DNA from: Atribacterota bacterium
GTDB lineage: Bacteria; Atribacterota; Phoenicimicrobiia; Phoenicimicrobiales; Stramentimicrobiaceae
NCBI GenBank assembly: GCA_040767965.1
Contig: JAXGNR010000004.1
Coordinates: 256,001-320,000 of the forward strand
Length of the DNA stretch: 64,000 bases
Direction: 5' to 3'
This document shows, in pieces, positions 61,373 to 64,000 of the stretch (positions are counted from its first letter, which is position 1; every line of letters starts with the position of its first letter). Both the position numbers and the translations under genes were made by a program. The notes beneath the pieces are model-generated. The model did no database searches, was not told the DNA's origin, and saw nothing but the letters and a program-made list of their open reading frames with translations.

Positions 61373-62975
61373 AGAATTTTTTTACCTCTTCCGGAGAATT
61401 TAATTGGAAATCAGCAGTTGATGGTTTAAATGGATCATCAGTTACCATGATAGCAGTTCCTCTTGTGATTAAGGTTCTGAAGGCATACTCATCAGTTGTG
61501 TCATCACCTATATAAAAAGTAGATGTGTTTTCCCATAATAAGCCCATAGCATCCAGAATCCATCGAATTGCCTTTCCTTTATCCCAATCTATATTTGGTA
61601 AAATTTCAAATACCTTTTTCCCTTTCAGCATTCTTAATTCTTTGTGATCTTCTATGATTTGCTCTATAATTTTTTCAATATATTGTAAGTCACTTTCTTT
61701 TTTAACTTTCCGATAATGTGCAGCCACACTAAACTTTTTTTCTTCAACTAAAGCACCCTCTATATTTTGGAATTCATTTTTTAATTTTTCAATTATTTCT
61801 GCAACTAAAGGAATAGTTTTTTCAGCAACAGGGTGAATCATGGTAAAGCCACCAGGTCCTTTAATATCAAAACCATGGCTGCCAGCATAAAAAATATTTT
61901 TAATGTCAACCAAGTTTTGTACATCTTCTCTCATCCGCCCGCTAACTACTGCTACAGTATGCAAACTGGCTATATTTTCAATTATATCTTTCATGTCTTT
62001 TGATAGAACTGCCAGTTCCGGGCTTTCCACAATAGGTGTTAGGGTACCATCATAATCCAGGAAAAAGACAAGTTGTTTAGTAGTTTCAATCACGGATTTT
62101 CCAGAAAGATTATAATGGGGGTTAACAAGTATATTTCTGTCAGGAAAGTGTTTTTTGAAAAATAATTCTGGAGAGTTTATGATGGTATTATAATTTTCAA
62201 AAAAAGGTTTTGGTTTTCTATAAAACCAATTATTTATTACGTTTATATCAATTTCTACCAGGTCTGTAACAATTAAATCTGCTCCATGTGTGGCCAGTTC
62301 ATTTTCATTATTCTCTCTAGCAACCCCGATAACTAAACCAAATCCGCCATTCCTGCCAGCTTCCACTCCAGATGAAGCATCTTCTACTACCACTGAATTT
62401 TCAGGGAGAGAATTTAGGTTTTTTGCTGCTGTTACAAAAATATCTCCCTCCGGCTTCCCCTTTAATGAAAGTTTTTTGGAAATAACACCATCAACTCTTG
62501 TTTCAAATAGCTGCTCCAGATTTACAGATTGCAATATTTCTTGACAATTTTCAGAAGAAGAAGCGACACCAATTTTAATGCCACTATTTTTCAAATCTTT
62601 AATAAGTTTTACGGTAGATTCAAAAATTTCTGCCCCTTTTTCTTCTAGTGCTTGTTTGAAAAGAATATTTTTACGATTCCCGATGCCGCATATGGTCTCT
62701 TGTTCTGCTGAGTCAGAAGGCTTTCCAAAAGGTAAATGAATATTACGTGATTCTAAAAAATTCTTTACTCCTTCATAGCGAGGCTTGCCATCAACATATT
62801 TTAGATAATCATTTTTATAGGTGAATTCTTGAAAAGGTTCTTTATAATAATCTTTTCTAAAATTAAGGTATTCGTCAAAGGTTTTTTTCCATGCATGAGC
62901 ATGAACAGTAGCAGTTTTTGTTACAACACCATCCAAATCAAAGATTACGGATTGAAAGGCAATTTTTTTATTCAT
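61341..62975 (-). CDS. otsB: Beta-phosphoglucomutase-like HAD fused to trehalose-6-phosphate phosphatase
   Basis: N-terminal HAD: IFDLDGVVT, DGKPRYEG, GKP, VVEDA. C-terminal TPP: FLDYDGTLTPIV, VSGR, AGSHG, WDKGKA, IGDDTTDE. Confidence 0.9.
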   Translation of the reverse strand: MNKKIAFQSVIFDLDGVVTKTATVHAHAWKKTFDEYLNFRKDYYKEPFQEFTYKNDYLKYVDGKPRYEGVKNFLESRNIHLPFGKPSDSAEQETICGIGNRKNILFKQALEEKGAEIFESTVKLIKDLKNSGIKIGVASSSENCQEILQSVNLEQLFETRVDGVISKKLSLKGKPEGDIFVTAAKNLNSLPENSVVVEDASSGVEAGRNGGFGLVIGVARENNENELATHGADLIVTDLVEIDINVINNWFYRKPKPFFENYNTIINSPELFFKKHFPDRNILVNPHYNLSGKSVIETTKQLVFFLDYDGTLTPIVESPELAVLSKDMKDIIENIASLHTVAVVSGRMREDVQNLVDIKNIFYAGSHGFDIKGPGGFTMIHPVAEKTIPLVAEIIEKLKNEFQNIEGALVEEKKFSVAAHYRKVKKESDLQYIEKIIEQIIEDHKELRMLKGKKVFEILPNIDWDKGKAIRWILDAMGLLWENTSTFYIGDDTTDEYAFRTLITRGTAIMVTDDPFKPSTADFQLNSPEEVKKFFEKIIKNSKK

Positions 62976-63374
62976 AATATACTCCATTCTTTCCGTTAAT
63001 AAAATATTATTTTTTTAAAAAATATTTAAAATCACAGTAATTAACTCCTTTTAGTAGTAAAAATTCAAAGAAAAATAGATTAGCTGTGTGCAAGCATACA
63101 AGTATTTGCAAGGAACTGAATAACAATTTAATTATAACATATTATATTATAGAATATTAAAATAGTTAAGGAATTTAAATAATAATTCTTATTTAGTATA
63201 AAATATTATCAGAATTGTCAAAAATATTTTCTAATACCTATCATAATTTTATATTTTAGTTTAAAATAAATTTTTAAACCAGTTATATATGGTTTATATA
63301 ACTGAAATGAGAAATATAATTAGGATTCACAAGGTATGGGTATAAATCTAAATAAGAAAAATAATTATTTTTTG

Positions 63375-64000
63375 ATGAAAAAAACAATATTCAAAACATT
63401 ATTAATTATGTTGTTTTTAGTTTTTACATATCAAACTTTTCCTATTCAGTCACAAAGCCAGATGTCAATAGTAAAATTAGGCAATGAAGTGTTATTAGAT
63501 AATTACATTCATCTTATTGATGGTAAGAATGTTGGTTTAATTACCAATCAAACAGGAGTTGACAGTAAGGGGGTAAGCTTAATTGAGAATCTCCTTGTCA
63601 ATAAACATGCTAAACTTATTGCTCTTTATGCTCCCGAACATGGTCTTGATGGTACAGCGAAAGCGGGAGAATGGGTAAATTCTTATATTCATCCCGAATA
63701 TGATATACCGGTTTATAGTCTTTACGGCAGTACCAGAATGCCTACACAGGAAATGTTATTAAAGGTAGAAGTGCTTTTATTTGATATTCAGGATATTGGT
63801 GCTCGCAGTTATACTTATATGTCAACTTTAAATTACTGCATGATAGCAGCAGAAAAATACAACAAAAAAATAATTGTTTTAGATCGTCCAAACCCATTAG
63901 GGGGCTTAATTGTAGAGGGTCCTGTCATGGAAAATGAGTACAAATCATTTGTTGGGGTAGACAATCTTCCTATGGCTCATGGTATGACAGTAGGAGAACT
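63375..64000 (+). CDS. Exo-beta-N-acetylmuramidase NamZ/DUF1343 family (3' truncated by window edge; absent from the ORF track)
   Basis: Hand translation: signal peptide, VKLGNE..GKNVGLITNQTGV, APEHG, SLYG, FDIQDIGARSYTYMST, VLDRPNPLGG. Confidence 0.92.
   Translation, partial: MKKTIFKTLLIMLFLVFTYQTFPIQSQSQMSIVKLGNEVLLDNYIHLIDGKNVGLITNQTGVDSKGVSLIENLLVNKHAKLIALYAPEHGLDGTAKAGEWVNSYIHPEYDIPVYSLYGSTRMPTQEMLLKVEVLLFDIQDIGARSYTYMSTLNYCMIAAEKYNKKIIVLDRPNPLGGLIVEGPVMENEYKSFVGVDNLPMAHGMTVGE

Noticed and set aside
62988-63270. c-di-AMP (ydaO) or other riboswitch ahead of the trehalose operon
   Set aside because: None of the conserved ydaO motifs or a convincing expression platform was found.

Overview
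AT-rich bacterial chromosomal segment with Firmicutes-like gene order (divIVA-Tbox-ileS-lspA-rluD; yicC-remA-gmk-coaBC-priA-def-fmt-rsmB; ligA-gatCAB) plus diderm-type envelope genes (LolA-like and DUF1302-like barrel) and anaerobe markers (rubredoxin-FprA, radical SAM enzymes). An Atribacterota-like anaerobe is my inference, not demonstrated. About 55 CDS, 2 tRNAs, one T-box riboswitch, one clear pseudogene and several intrinsic terminators. I saw no IS, integrase, prophage or CRISPR array. Points of most interest: (1) a transcriptional ileS T-box whose Stem I lacks the apical elbow-binding module; (2) a PriA with dead ATPase motifs (pseudohelicase) in an operon that also lacks rpoZ; (3) several genes that appear to need ATA/ATC/ATT/CTG starts, on top of frequent TTG starts; (4) a 13 kb lipid/envelope-themed accessory block (thioesterase, two radical SAM/SPASM enzymes, TetR-MMPL-LolA-like-barrel) with clustered 1-nt deletions; (5) an otsA-less betaPGM-T6P phosphatase / GH65 trehalose operon split at an A7 run and coupled to an Asp-less receiver-CBS protein. 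All family calls come from motif recognition only; no searches were run.
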